The notes under the pieces were generated by a model that saw only the letters and a program-made list of their open reading frames with translations, was not told the DNA's origin and made no database searches. A stretch of 53,884 nucleotides of DNA, the filler included, from Catajapyx aquilonaris (taxonomy: Eukaryota): the NCBI GenBank assembly GCA_000934665.2. It is 2 parts of 2 records of this genome, joined end to end, with 100 filler letters (N's around TTAATTAATTAA, not from the genome) between each part and the next. Parts side by side here need not be neighbours in the genome. Positions count along the whole stretch, not along the records: positions 1 to 26,964 come from KZ539293.1; 1 more part is not named here. The stretch is one strand, 5' to 3'. The number at the start of each line of letters is the position of its first letter. The stretch's first letter is position 1. The position numbers and the translations under genes are program-made. Below are positions 1-21,292 of the stretch, piece after piece.

Positions 1-177
1 TTTTTGGAAATTAATTTAGGGACTTCTAGACGAGTAAAATGGTTCCAGACACATTCATAGGGTTTTCCCAGATCTCGTAAGTATAGCTGTTATTATTCGC
101 AAAATATCTTGTCCGTATCTTCGGAGTACGCGTAAGCCAAAAACTGTGTGGTTCGGGTCGATCTGGGGCCGAAGGGG
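1..177. mobile_element. Right end of a piggyBac-like non-autonomous element (same family as 23566-24753)
   Basis: Ends ...CGAAGGGG followed by TTAA (178-181); colinear similarity to 24571-24753. Confidence 0.65.
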
Positions 178-541
178 TTAATGTAAACTTGCAACACCAC
201 GTTCTTGTCATAAAAATGTGAAAATGCAGTAGTTGTTTCACTATCACTACAAAATCTTGGAACTTGCATTTTAAAAAAAATGCAATGCATCCTATTAAAT
301 TTACAAAAACCACACATGAGCTTACATCCCTTCTACATTCTTTGAACCTGATTTCACCAACAATTTACAGGCACAAGCACCATTAAGAAATGACCTTGAA
401 GGACTGGTTGCATGTATTCAAATTAAGAAGAAAATATCTGATAATGTCGGATCAAGCACTGTGAACTCAACCAGAGATTTCCCCCAATTGATTTTCATCA
501 CTTATGAAAATATATGAAATAGCATCAAATGCAAAACTGAC

Positions 542-10153
<9,612 letters not shown>

Positions 10154-11312
10154 TTTGCCCGCCTTTTGTTCCCTTCAGCTCACTTTCTACCGGTCTGCGC
10201 GCCAATCCGAAGGCGGGGAGTGGGCAGCACCGGACGCCGGCTGAAGTTGCGCATCCTCGCCGCTTAAAATGGTTGAGGCGCTCCTCTCGCCACACACCGA
10301 CAACCAATGGGAAGCAAAGCTTTCCATTGCAGGGTGCACTAGTTGCACTGCAGGCAATGAAGTCGAACCTGTAGTTCTGGAGGTCATTTGAGGTGGTGAA
10401 CTGCATGAAATTATTTTGCTATTTTAGAGTGGTGGGCAATAATTCAGTCTCATAGCTGGGTACAGTACAATAATTGGTGTCGGGCATTATCGCGACACAG
10501 GTGACCCTGATCACAAACGAATTTGAATGGATGCGCGGGCGATAGCAACGTGAATGTCAGTGGAGGTATGTGTGGTTGGTGATATTTCTACTAGTATAAA
10601 AGTAAAATTAATAACGCACGAAAGCATTACCTAAGTAAGTAAATGATACCAGGCAGTGACAGTACTACAATGTTGCCAAAAATGTTCTTCCATGATTGCA
10701 TCCGATTGCATCACTATAGAGTACTTGTTTGCATACAGCCATAAATGTGTAGCAATTTTTAATTGAATAAAAGGGCCTAAGCGTGTCTTCCTTACCAGGC
10801 AAAGCATTGCTTACCCAAGGCCCCCCGAGGCTCATTAAACACTCGGCCACTGTTGCAGAGAGGCTGCTTGTTTGATGAATGCCCGGTATGTTTGATTAGC
10901 CAGGATTAGCCAATTAACACTACAAGTGACAAGGAGGAGTTTCATGTATGCTGTCATCTGCTGGATCACCACACTGTTAGCGTTTCAATTACACACACTC
11001 AATGCTGCTATTTACAGATTTTCCATGTTCCATCACATGTGTAGGAACACTGTCATGCAAATTGACCCCCTGACAGGCATATTCGTAAACACAGACTAAC
11101 ACTTCCAGTTGCCATATTCACTCAACCTACAAATGTCCCTGCTTGTCCCCCAGAAACCCAGCAGATGCCTATTTTCATGTAATGACAATTTATTAGTACA
11201 AGTGCAATTGCTAGGGGTAAGACCAATGCTTCATCATGTCTCCAGAAATCATTCATAAATTTTAACATACATACATTCATCATGAAGATCCAAGTTAACT
11301 GCAATAATAAGT

Positions 11313-11596
11313 GAGGGCGACACGGTGGCCGAGTGGTTAGCGCCGCAGCCTTCCACCTCTAAGGTCCCGAGTCCGATCCCCGGGTCGGACGGAGGATACT
11401 TATGTGGATAGAGTTTCGATGGGTTCTCTCCGTGTTCGCGTGGGTTTTCTCGGGGTTCTCCCGTTTCCTCCCACTATCAAAATCCATCACATTACAGGCA
11501 AATGATTAAAGTCGGGTATTCAAAAGATGATCCCCTAAGAGGCCCAAGGGGCCTATCACGGGGTATCCATTATTATTATTATTATTATTATTATTG
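11313..11596 (+). mobile_element. tRNA-derived SINE with V-SINE-like core (family B)
   Basis: A box TGGCCGAGTGG; core GTTCTCTCCGTGTTCGCGTGGGTTTTCTCGGGGTTCTCCCGTTTCCTCCCAC; (ATT)n tail; 16-bp TSD AACTGCAATAATAAGT at 11297-11312 and 11597-11612. Confidence 0.9.
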
Positions 11597-12035
11597 AACT
11601 GCAATAATAAGTTCAAACATGACACATTCAGTGCAATAAAACATGTTTGCCAAAACAACTCAGAAAACCCACAAATTTGAGCATAACAAAACCAATTACC
11701 AGATATAATGTACTAAGACCCACATGACCCAACCGAAACACACTTGACACAGTACATGAATATCCTTTTTGAATAACTAAAGGATTTTTGCTATATATAT
11801 TTTTTAAAAAGGTGTTTATCAATCATTCTAATCCCCAAAAATTTTACAAAGTAACCATTATCACACATAATTAGCTAAACAATCATATCTGGACAGCCTT
11901 CTCTTGCCAATTGCTTGTCCATAAAAACAACTATCCCTACAGTTGAGAACCATGATAATAAGTATTGCAATAAATAGAGCTCAATGATTATGATATTATT
12001 ATTAATAATGTGTAGTTTTAATCATAATTATTATT

Positions 12036-12593
12036 AGAGAATGGATTCATAAATTTTTAGCTACTTTTTATTCTGTAGGCAGAACACCGGAACCAAAATA
12101 TCTATCCATTTCATAACACAAGTTGGGACCTAAATGGTCTATTAGCGCCTATTTTTATCTTTTTTCTGCCATTCCGTAATATTTTCGAGCGTTTTGGAGG
12201 TTTTCCATTCTAGGAATCCCTTCTGCTTCAACCTGCAAAGGGCAAGGAAGCCATAGGCATGCCTGATCACCTGGCTGTAGGAGACATTTCACTTTTCAAG
12301 TATGAGGTTCATTCCTGTGATCGAAATATCATTTTTCAGAGTATAAAGATGTATTGTCAGACAGGCGTTGCCGAATAATTGCGATTAACCAACTAAAATA
12401 TGGAACAACCGCTAGTTTGTTACTGTGCTACAAATTCCACGGCCAAAAGTGGGTTGTAATGTTGCATAGGAGTGAAAATAAATTAGGACCTGCTTGATTT
12501 TTACTGCCTATTTAAGAGCCTATTTTGGCTGTTTTCAGAGCCTAAATGCCTATCTATTTCAGGGTTTTTTGGAACCTAAAAAATCCATTCTTT
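12036..12593. mobile_element. Old non-autonomous DNA transposon
   Basis: AGAATGGATT / AATCCATTCT termini and GCCTA/ACCTA subterminal repeats. Confidence 0.45.
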
Positions 12594-12972
12594 AATAATA
12601 ATGAGGGCTATATTGAATTTTATTTTAGAAGTTGCCCTTGCACCCCTGGCAGGTAGCCAGTACACCTCTGATCCCAAAAAAGTAGTTTCCACCATTATTT
12701 GACTTTTGGTTATATATAATCCTAAAAAATTGTCAAAAACAGAACATTCGTGGTCAAGCTAAGGTCAAACATATGTCAGAACCTACGCTAATAATTCAGT
12801 CTGTCTCAAGGCTAAAAATAACCAGGTAAGTCCTCTTTTCACAAAAAAATTAGCAAAATAATTTATGGGCATGAATTACTTCCTCATAGTGGAGAAAAAG
12901 ACTTATGGTTTGAATGGTTTGTCCCCGACTCCCCTCCCTAAGTTTAGAGCAGGGGTTCTTAGAGTGTGGCTC

Positions 12973-13119
12973 ACTAGTAAGTCATGGCCTGATCAAGTTT
13001 TAGATTGATTATTGCCATTTTCCTTCTTATCGTGATATAGGTACAGGTAGCCTATATCACGATAAGAAGAAAAATGGCAATAATCAATCTAAAACTTGAT
13101 CAGGCCATGACTTACTAGT
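12973..13119. repeat. Near-perfect palindrome (69-bp arms, 9-nt spacer)
   Basis: 12973-13041 matches the reverse complement of 13051-13119 with one mismatch. Confidence 0.95.
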
Positions 13120-13759
13120 CTACGAATGGGGTTAAGTTCCTGAAAATGTCCATAAGTCTGATTCGTACGTAACTCGGATCGCTGAGGAACAGCACATATC
13201 CACAGCATAAGATTCTCCTCCAGTGAACCACTATTAAACGTCATGTGTCTGTTTACATGTGCGAACAACGTAGTTTCCCAATTATTTATTAATTATACAG
13301 TGTTTATGTTGAACTTGGTGACCGAAGCAGTTTGGAGGAGGGGATATGGTGTCCGACTGCTAATCGGGAGGTCCTGGGATCAAATCCCGGGGCCGGCAAC
13401 CCTGACCGTGGTTTTCTGTGGTTTCCCACGGTCCTTCCAGGAAAATTCCTGAGTTGCTTCCATAATTAATAGGCCACAGCCGCTTCCTTCCGCCCCTATC
13501 CTATCCCAAAGAGCACAGTAAAATGAAAAGCAAAGAGTTCCAGGCAAAACAATCTTCCCCCCTAAAGAGCTGATGGCTGATAACGGGGTATGAATTATAT
13601 TATTAATATTATTATGTTGAACTTGGTGTAGGTCAACATATGCAAAAGTGATTAAAAGTGGAGGAATAATTATAAATTTTCCTTCCGTGAAGCCCTGGGA
13701 GCCCGTTCGTAAGTACGGATAGCCGTAAGTCGGGTTGTTCGTAAACCAGGGACTACCTG
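13044..13759. mobile_element. Tc1/mariner(pogo)-type MITE, left TIR disrupted, with nested SINE
   Basis: TA-CAGGTAG...CTACCTG-TA; homologous to 9175-9511. Confidence 0.8.
13321..13611 (+). mobile_element. SINE family A copy
   Basis: Colinear with 1796-2122; TSD TTATGTTGAACTTGGTG at 13304-13320 and 13612-13628. Confidence 0.9.
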
Positions 13760-14190
13760 TATTGTGATCTTTGTCCCCTGATAAGTGCACCTTGGACTTG
13801 AGGTTTTGAGGTGCACTGGTGTAGAGAGTGAACAAGAGGTGACAATGGAAGTATGTGTGTCCTTGCTCTTCTTTCTGTTTTCATAAGCTATGTGGGCAAG
13901 GTGGTAATAAAGGCTGCGTAATAAAAGACATGACATCATGGTCCAACTCATGATGATGTATTTGATTACCTTTGTTGTCAAGTTAGTTTGATTGCCACAT
14001 CCTGGTAAACTTATGGAATGTAGCAAAAAAAGGAATAGTAATAAAACAAAAACAGTGCAGGCTGGCACTTAGAAGCCACTTCAAAAATATGATTCCAAGT
14101 AACTATCATCCAGCTGCTTGACAGCTATACCTTCAAAATAACAACCATCTTCCAAATGACAAACGCTGCCCAGATTTCTCAGTATGAACC

Positions 14191-16887
14191 CTACTTATCA
14201 GCCTCAAAAAATGCAACAATGCCCCAGTGATCACTTGGGAAGCTCTGAGTCCCACTGACTTTCTGAATCCCTGTAAGCCCAAAATGCTTTGGTACATAAG
14301 CACGAGGATGAGATGCCTTGAGATACAACCTATCAAAACGAAGCCGAGGTCTGTATTTTGATGTGAACTCAATGTTGGAGTTCCTCAGAGAGTCCCAAGT
14401 GTAGCGGCATTCTGCGCGTGAGCCACATGCAACCCACATATCGTCAACTCCAGGCGGTAACCCTCCAACCATATCCACTTCGTCATCTCGAAGATTCAAG
14501 TCACCTCCAAACAAAACGGTACGGTCACTCGGTGTAGCTGCAATTTTCTGAAAAGCAGTCCGCAGCTGTTTGAGCCGTTCAGCCTGATGGTCTCTCGTGG
14601 ATTCCAGGTGGGAAGTTAATAGGAGCAGCTTCCTAGGTCCAATGTGGGCCTCAACTGCAAGGAGGTTGCGGCCCATGGTTGATGTGGGAAAGGGAATTAT
14701 TTCATGACTGTCATAGTAGACGCCAAATTTACGAAGCAAGACAGCTGTGAAATAGCCTTCATCGTTTGCTGGGAGGAACATGTACTGAGGCAGGTGTTCT
14801 TCAAGATATGAATACGTATCAGGTATAAGCTCCTGAAGAAACACAACATCGGGTTTGTCCCTGAAAGAAAAAAAGCATGACCTCTAAATTGACTCACCAG
14901 GAAATGTAAAACACTGACGGTGAGTGAATTTGCATAAATATAATCAATCCCTACGTACATCAGATATACTTCAGTTTTGAAAGCTTTTAGAGAGCTTGGC
15001 TCTCTCCATGCTACTCTACAACACCAATAGTGGTATGGTAGCTTACGTCTCCAAAATCTTGATGACAGCCTTTGTTCGCTTCTTGAGGTTCTTCTCCTTC
15101 AGTCCATCCAAGTTCCAAGATATAAGGCTGAATCGGTCTGGAGGGACATCAGAGAGACGCCCACCAGAAATGGTCTTGGCCACATTGGCTATCATCTGTT
15201 GACTGTAAGAAACACTTCTTAATGAATACAATTGCTCAAGGTCAAGCGCAACAATACACAGTCACTGTCTGCTCCTCTTGACACATGGTTACAGAAATTC
15301 TTGGACATTCTACATGTTTTCTACAGAATGGTTAACCCTGGAACTGTGACGTGGGATCTTTTAGGACCCCAAAGGAATTAAAATGCATTAAAATGATAAT
15401 TACAATTAACTTTTGCAAATTTTTAAAAGTACATAACAGGAAGTGCATGTTTATTTAGAATTAGCGATGATTTTAGGCATTGTTCAAAGAATGATTGCAT
15501 ATAGTCAATATATTGAAAAGTAATACAGTAAAACTTCCATAAGTCGAACTTCCTTAAGTCGAAGTTCTCTATAAGTCGAAGAAAATGATGAGCTTGGTTG
15601 GTCACAATGTAAAATAATAGGAAATAAACTTCCCTAGCTCGAGTTTCTATAACTCGAAGTGCTGGCAGGGCCTTACAATGGGATATCAATGCACTTTCAG
15701 TCTCCCTAAGTCGAAGTTCATGTTGGCGAGTACGGAAAATTTTCTCATTTCCCAGCCGAAGAGTCGAGAGTAGGCCACATGCACAGAAAGGCTCAATTTC
15801 CTGATCTCCGTCTACCAGACCTATCGAAAGAAGTGTTTGACTCGATTGTGACAATTGAATCCTTGAATCTAAGAGTAGGCAAATGGTTTTTTAAACACCA
15901 AAACAATGAGGAACATTGTAAGTGTGATATAGTTACAGTTATTTCTAAGTTTTGAACACCTTCCGTCGCTGGATATAAAGGTAGGCTTCCTTATAGAGTT
16001 CTGTGCTTAAAAAATTCCACACTTCTCTAACTCAAATCTTCTATAACTCAAAGTTTTCTCCCGGTCCCATGGAGATTCGACTTGTAGAAGTTCTACTGTA
16101 TATAAAAATTAATAAAAATTAAAATATGGATGGAATCCTAAAAGACCCCACGTCACGGTTGCCGTAACTGCCAGGCATGTCACGGTTCCAGGGTTTCATA
16201 TATAATTTCCATATCGAGACATGGTGGGTGGCAATGTAATTTAGTGGTGGAAAATGGCAGTGTAGCTGTCCTTTAGGATGGCTCAAAGGTGCTTCCCATG
16301 CCAGCCAGCCACATTACAAGTCACCCTGGGTTTGGTGTCTCAATGTGTTACTAGATAACATCCATCTCAACAGAATCATCTAAAATCGAATCAAGGAAGG
16401 CCATTTCTGCATTGCTTTCCAACCCAATAATGTCTTAATGACACTTGACGGGATCAGGTGTAAGTGACATGCTAGATATACTCCTAGTAGAACATTCGCA
16501 TTTTACGTATTGGTGTGTCAGGAGGAACAGACATGAACCAAACGGGTTAACCAAACTTACTCCACGTTGACCACGGTCTGGGGTTCCCTCCCATCATTCA
16601 TCAGCACAACTCCGCCGTGGGCACCAGATTCAAAGTATGCGGTAACAGACCTCTGCAAATGGGAAAGTGAATTTGAGAGTTTCAAGAGTCGCTCCTCCTC
16701 CTTCCCCCAGCAGTGCAAGGGTGGGTTTACAAACCTGCAGGTCCCAGTCTCTGTCCTGGAGGTAGAACTGAGCGCAGGCCTCGTCTGTTCCGGTGACCTC
16801 TGCGAACTCCTCGACCAGCTTCTGGCACGTGGCCGCGTCAGGGATCGCAGGGTCATCATCATCCAGCACGATGACTTCGTCCGACAT
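14191..16887 (-). CDS. TDP2: Tyrosyl-DNA phosphodiesterase 2 (about 356 aa)
   Basis: Exons 16887-16735, 16652-16561, 15202-15047, 14860-14191 (1071 nt, all phases match). UBA-like N-terminus (FAEVTGTDEACAQFYLQDRDWDLQ) and EEP nuclease motifs SWNLDGL, FLQE, TSHLES, GGDLNLRD, TWD, RFDR, PSDHWG. Confidence 0.96.
15336..16193. mobile_element. piggyBac-like MITE carrying a nested pogo/Tigger-like MITE
   Basis: TTAA-CCCTGGAAC...GTTCCAGGG; homologous to the uninterrupted copy at 31935-32215. Confidence 0.8.
15526..16098. mobile_element. Tc1/mariner (pogo/Tigger-like) MITE
   Basis: TA-CAGTAAAACTTC...GAAGTTCTACTG-TA; subterminal TAAGTCGAA repeats; absent from the sister copy at 31935. Confidence 0.85.
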
Positions 16888-17379
16888 TATCTCCACCAGC
16901 GAAAAGTGTCACCTTCGAAGACGTTCGAGGGGATCCCCCCAACCATGGATCGCAAGTCCCAACACGCCAAGAACCAACACGCAACCAGTGAACTCTCACA
17001 GCACGCAACAAACACGTCCTTCGGTCTCGTTCGGTCTTCACCTGTTCGCCAGGGTTACCAATCTTAACATAAAACTGGATAAAGTAACCTACTCCCTGTG
17101 GCTCACATGGCTGCAGAATCACTGCTAGTTGTAAATAGCAGCTATTGCGGAGGAACTCATGAATAAAACCTGTTCCTATCATCATTTCTCGATCGTTCCT
17201 TGAGGCCATGACCTTAGATTATATTCTAAGGCCATGGCTGCGACTATTCGAAAGAAAATATGTGCACTGGTACAGTACTAATACCGTAGTATACGCATAT
17301 TGAATTATTACCGTATTAGATTAGCAATCCTCTTTGTCCGAATTTATTAATGAGGACAGTGTCAAACTTCACGTTAGAC

Positions 17380-17894
17380 CAGGCCACCAGGGCTATTCAA
17401 ATGGCGGACCGCGATGCAATTTTGTCCGGACCACGACGATATACAGGACAGTTTGAAATAATATTGGAAATTTATTACTCATGATTTTTTTTTGGAAAAA
17501 GTGCTACCAATTTCATCAAATAAGTTACACACCCATTCAATCTCCCACATTCACCTAAGCTCGTGTGACCTTGAACCTCCCAAAACCCGCCCTCTACGGC
17601 TTCTTCACTTGGTGGTTATGAAATGGGCACCCTTCCGGAAAAAAAATTTCTCCCTGCGCGCCTGTACTGTACAGGACATCTTAAAGGGCGAAAATGTCTT
17701 AATATGTCCTGTTTTGATAGGCCCTTCTACCCTTGCTGCACATGTTTCTATTTTCGAAAATGAACCCTGTAGCTGTGGTACCATATAAAATNNNNNNNNN
17801 NNNNNNNNNNNNNNNNNNNNNCCCCCCCCCCGACCTTCAATGGCCCAGGAAAGGTAAATACTGGACCTTGTCATAAACTAGTTGAATAGCCCTG
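17380..17894. mobile_element. hAT MITE
   Basis: TIR CAGGGCTATTCAA / TTGAATAGCCCTG; 8-bp TSD CGTTAGAC at 17372-17379 and 17895-17902; 8 extra nt at the left junction; contains an N gap. Confidence 0.8.
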
Positions 17895-18519
17895 CGTTAG
17901 ACAAAAAAAAGTTATTTTTGATGAATTATAACTTTATAAGTTCCCATTGTATGGACCTCGGTATGGACATGCAATGTGTCACTCTTTCTCCAGTACGCGT
18001 GTAGCAAATTTGAGATAACAGCTATGTTATTCAAGGATATCCATTGCAATGTTACGTGGGAATGTTCAAATGCTCAAAGGTTCTGTTACACATTTTCAAT
18101 CTCTCTTATCTTTCCGAAAATGACATACTAGAAACCATGTAAGAAATGTATGCTACAATATTCCTCCGTGGTGAAAATTCTGTGTTGGAAACTACGAATA
18201 TGTTGGAAACTATAAAGTTGAACCAGGTTGAACTTATTGTCAGGGACCAGATCTTCAAAGCTAGGTTGTTATCGTCGTGGGGCAAAAATGCTGTGGTTAT
18301 GGCTCCAGAGCGCTTCGTCACCGTTGTATGACACACATGTTACCGCTCGCACTGAACAGTAGGCTATACATTGTGTGGTAAGCATTTGCACAGACCGATT
18401 AGCCATTAGCATTAGACATAACTTAGGGTCGATCACGTAGGCCTATACCCGGAGATAGACGCAACGCGCAAGTCAAAGTGGGCCTGGTGGGTCCATGCTG
18501 GATTTTATAATATTGCCTT

Positions 18520-18586
18520 CTTCTCCCTGTAAGGGCCACAGGCCCACTGGCAAAAATAAAGAAACACTGAATTGAATTGAATTGAA
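18520..18586 (+). mobile_element. Severely 5'-truncated non-LTR retroelement 3' end
   Basis: GGGCC-ACA-GGCCC hairpin, AATAAA, (GAATT)n tail; 14-bp TSD TATAATATTGCCTT at 18506-18519 and 18587-18600. Confidence 0.8.
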
Positions 18587-19746
18587 TATAATATTGCCTT
18601 ATCATCAAACAGAAACAGACAGACCTTGACAGATATTCTTAGTGATGCAATGCGGTCTTCTAATCTTACTTTTCTTGGTCTAACAGTAGCCTAGATTACT
18701 AGATACGATCAGTGGAAGGACAAAGGAATCATCATTATGACATGATACGGAGCCTGCTATGATTTATACTCACTCTCAGGATTGAATTTATCTGAATTGT
18801 CCGCACCAGCCCCCGGACACTTATACTACATTCTGATCTTATCGCCTGCCGGGGTAGGTGGGAGTGACCTAACCTGAGTATTCCAAACCCATGGTCTGTA
18901 CATACCATAACAACATTGAAATTACTGTAGTACCGTATATTCATTTCACTGGGTGCTTCTTCTCTTTTTAGTCCTGTGTTCATTCTGACTGATCGACTGA
19001 AATAATGGTATTCAGCCCTCGTTTCACCCTATTCCATGGGAGTGAGTGCATAATTATAGTTTGTGAATTTCGGCAGAACACTAGCCTTTTGAAAATGTCA
19101 CCGAGCTACTGAAAACAAGAGTAAATAAATAAATAAACATTTTTGTGGTATACTCACTGTCATCCCTTACCCAAGGATTATTACGGTATATTTGCAGCCG
19201 AAATGAAACATATTTGTGTTATAAAGTAATGCATGAAAGGAGAGCTATTTATTACCACGTATTTACCAAGCTATGGGACAGCGAAGCTTCTACAACACAA
19301 GAGTATTGTGACATTTTAAATAGGCTGGAAAATATCAAGTCTAGATACTCATTGCTTCTGAACACTGTACTCGCCGTCATGATGCGGCCTATTCGCTGAT
19401 CCTGCAGTTTTCACAAAAGAGTGTGAAACATGTGACAGACGACATGCTTCAGCGCCTATTAGCTGGAGTGGAGAACAGTTTTGAGTACAGAATAAGGGGC
19501 GTCCTTCAAAGGGTGGAAAATTATTATTAGTTAATTGAAATGTGGGAATTAGAACCATAGCGAGGAATAAGACACAGTATACAGTCGATGTAATTGTGAC
19601 AAAACGAAATGGAAAGAAAAGAACTGTCACGAGACAGTCATGTCACATTAATATTGTGACATAGTCGTAAAATGTAAAACTTCGTGGTACTTTTTATATA
19701 ACTGAACTGGTACTGTGACTTTCTTCCAAGCTGTAGAGTTCGCATG

Positions 19747-20133
19747 CTACCTTTCATAAGAATCCGGATCCTGATGAGCATTTCTCTTTCCAAGAGTTCT
19801 CATAAGTTCAGCATTTGCCTGAAACAGAGCAACAGTCAGAAATTGCGAAACATAGTCACTGCTCTCATGCAAATCGTGGAGAGATGGAGGTAAAATGAAT
19901 CTCACTTCGACCTGGGCGTGGAAATGATGAGCACCTCCAGGATAGCGCCGTCCATGAAGAAGCAAGTGGCGAAGGACATCAAGGTTGTTCACCACCGAAA
20001 GAGAAAAACTTCGCGGACTCCTCCTCCACGGTTCCTCCAGTGGGTGCTGACGATTATGGTGTGATCCTGGTGACGAAGAGCAAGAGCACCACAGAGCCGT
20101 CATCAGCAGCAGATACACCGGAGACGCCATCAT
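19747..20133 (-). CDS. Dh44: CRF-like diuretic hormone (DH44 family) precursor, divergent, about 99 aa
   Basis: Coding exons 20133-19906 and 19818-19747 (87-nt GT-AG intron). Signal-peptide-like start MMASPVYLLLMTALWCSCSS, an RR site, then SPRSFSLSVVNNLDVLRHLLL...QVEANAELMRTL-GKR, matching the family pattern SLSIxNxLDVLR...N..L..I/L-amide. Confidence 0.85.
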   Translation of the reverse strand: MMASPVYLLLMTALWCSCSSSPGSHHNRQHPLEEPWRRSPRSFSLSVVNNLDVLRHLLLHGRRYPGGAHHFHAQVEVRFILPPSLHDLHESSDYVSQFLTVALFQANAELMRTLGKRNAHQDPDSYER

Positions 20134-21082
20134 TCCTCTGGTATAGGCTACCTGTGAAATATCCCAATTAAACTAATTGGCAATAATTCGACAGGCCTAC
20201 GTCTAATATAGCCATTAGTTGCTTTGGTTCATTATTCCTATACTGAAACAAATTAACAATTATCGCAGGTTTTGGAATGCTCATATCCATGTGCGAAAGA
20301 TGGAGCTATCGAAATATCGAATTTTTTTGTGTGTTCTTCAGCTTGTTCTGATACCTTATCGGACAGATCGCAAATAGACCGTTGCGTTGGTTATAAAGAA
20401 GCCGGATGTGTCACACAAAAACGAGAGTGACGGAATTGTCAGGCCCAATTTTGGTTGGTGAAACGGATGTGATTTGTGGGGGCAGGTCTGAGACGAGACG
20501 CGGATGAATGTCGACAGGTGATGATGGAAGGCAATTACCCTGTAGTAATGAGGTGCGGGCTCAGAGGCGGCCACACTTAATGACTTAATAAGGCGCAAGA
20601 ATATAAGAAGCCATCATCGGCGCGCCCTTTACTTTCCCAAGTCGCACCTATTTCTGACTACAAACACAGGCAACGACACTACATATAACGTCACTGACGC
20701 AACCGACCATATAGTTATACTCTGATAGTGCTTTTCAGTTACGTTATGCTTTGCTTATTTTCAAACCCTTTGCATATCGAATATACCTACACCAGTGTCT
20801 ACACTGACAACTACACTAGTTACAATTATTTTCTTCAGTAGCTAATTCCAAAGTACGCACCAAATTCACACCACATTTCCTTCCTGCTAATCTAATACCT
20901 GCCCATTATCCTCCCCGCCCCGATGAGCTACATGGGCGCTCCAGGCATATAAGTCTAATGCACTATTAGTCCAAACAGGATTGGGTAGTACCGACGAAAA
21001 CTCACTTTTGAAATGACAAACTTTCACCTCCAAAAGAAATACGCAAGAATGGATCATCAGTGACAAATCCGACAATACTTAC

Positions 21083-21292
21083 CTTCTTTTTTATAAATAC
21101 CAGTAAGTGGATCCAGCACTTAGGAACTGCAAACCTCGGAGAAACTGTAGATGACAGGTGACGGGAAAGAAGAGCTGAGTTGCGCGTGAGAGGGCTAATG
21201 TCTAAATGACGTCGACGGCGGCACATGGGATGACTCTTATGGCCTCCCCCACACATACACTGAACATGCGCCGCCTCCGCCCTTCTCTATAT
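21083..21292 (-). promoter_or_regulatory. Putative core promoter and non-coding first exon of the CRF-like gene
   Basis: On the minus strand: TATA-like sequence near 21291, initiator TCAGT about 30 nt downstream (A at 21261), strong donor AAG|GTAAGT near 21082; acceptor TTTCACAG at 20152 just before the ATG. Confidence 0.45.
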
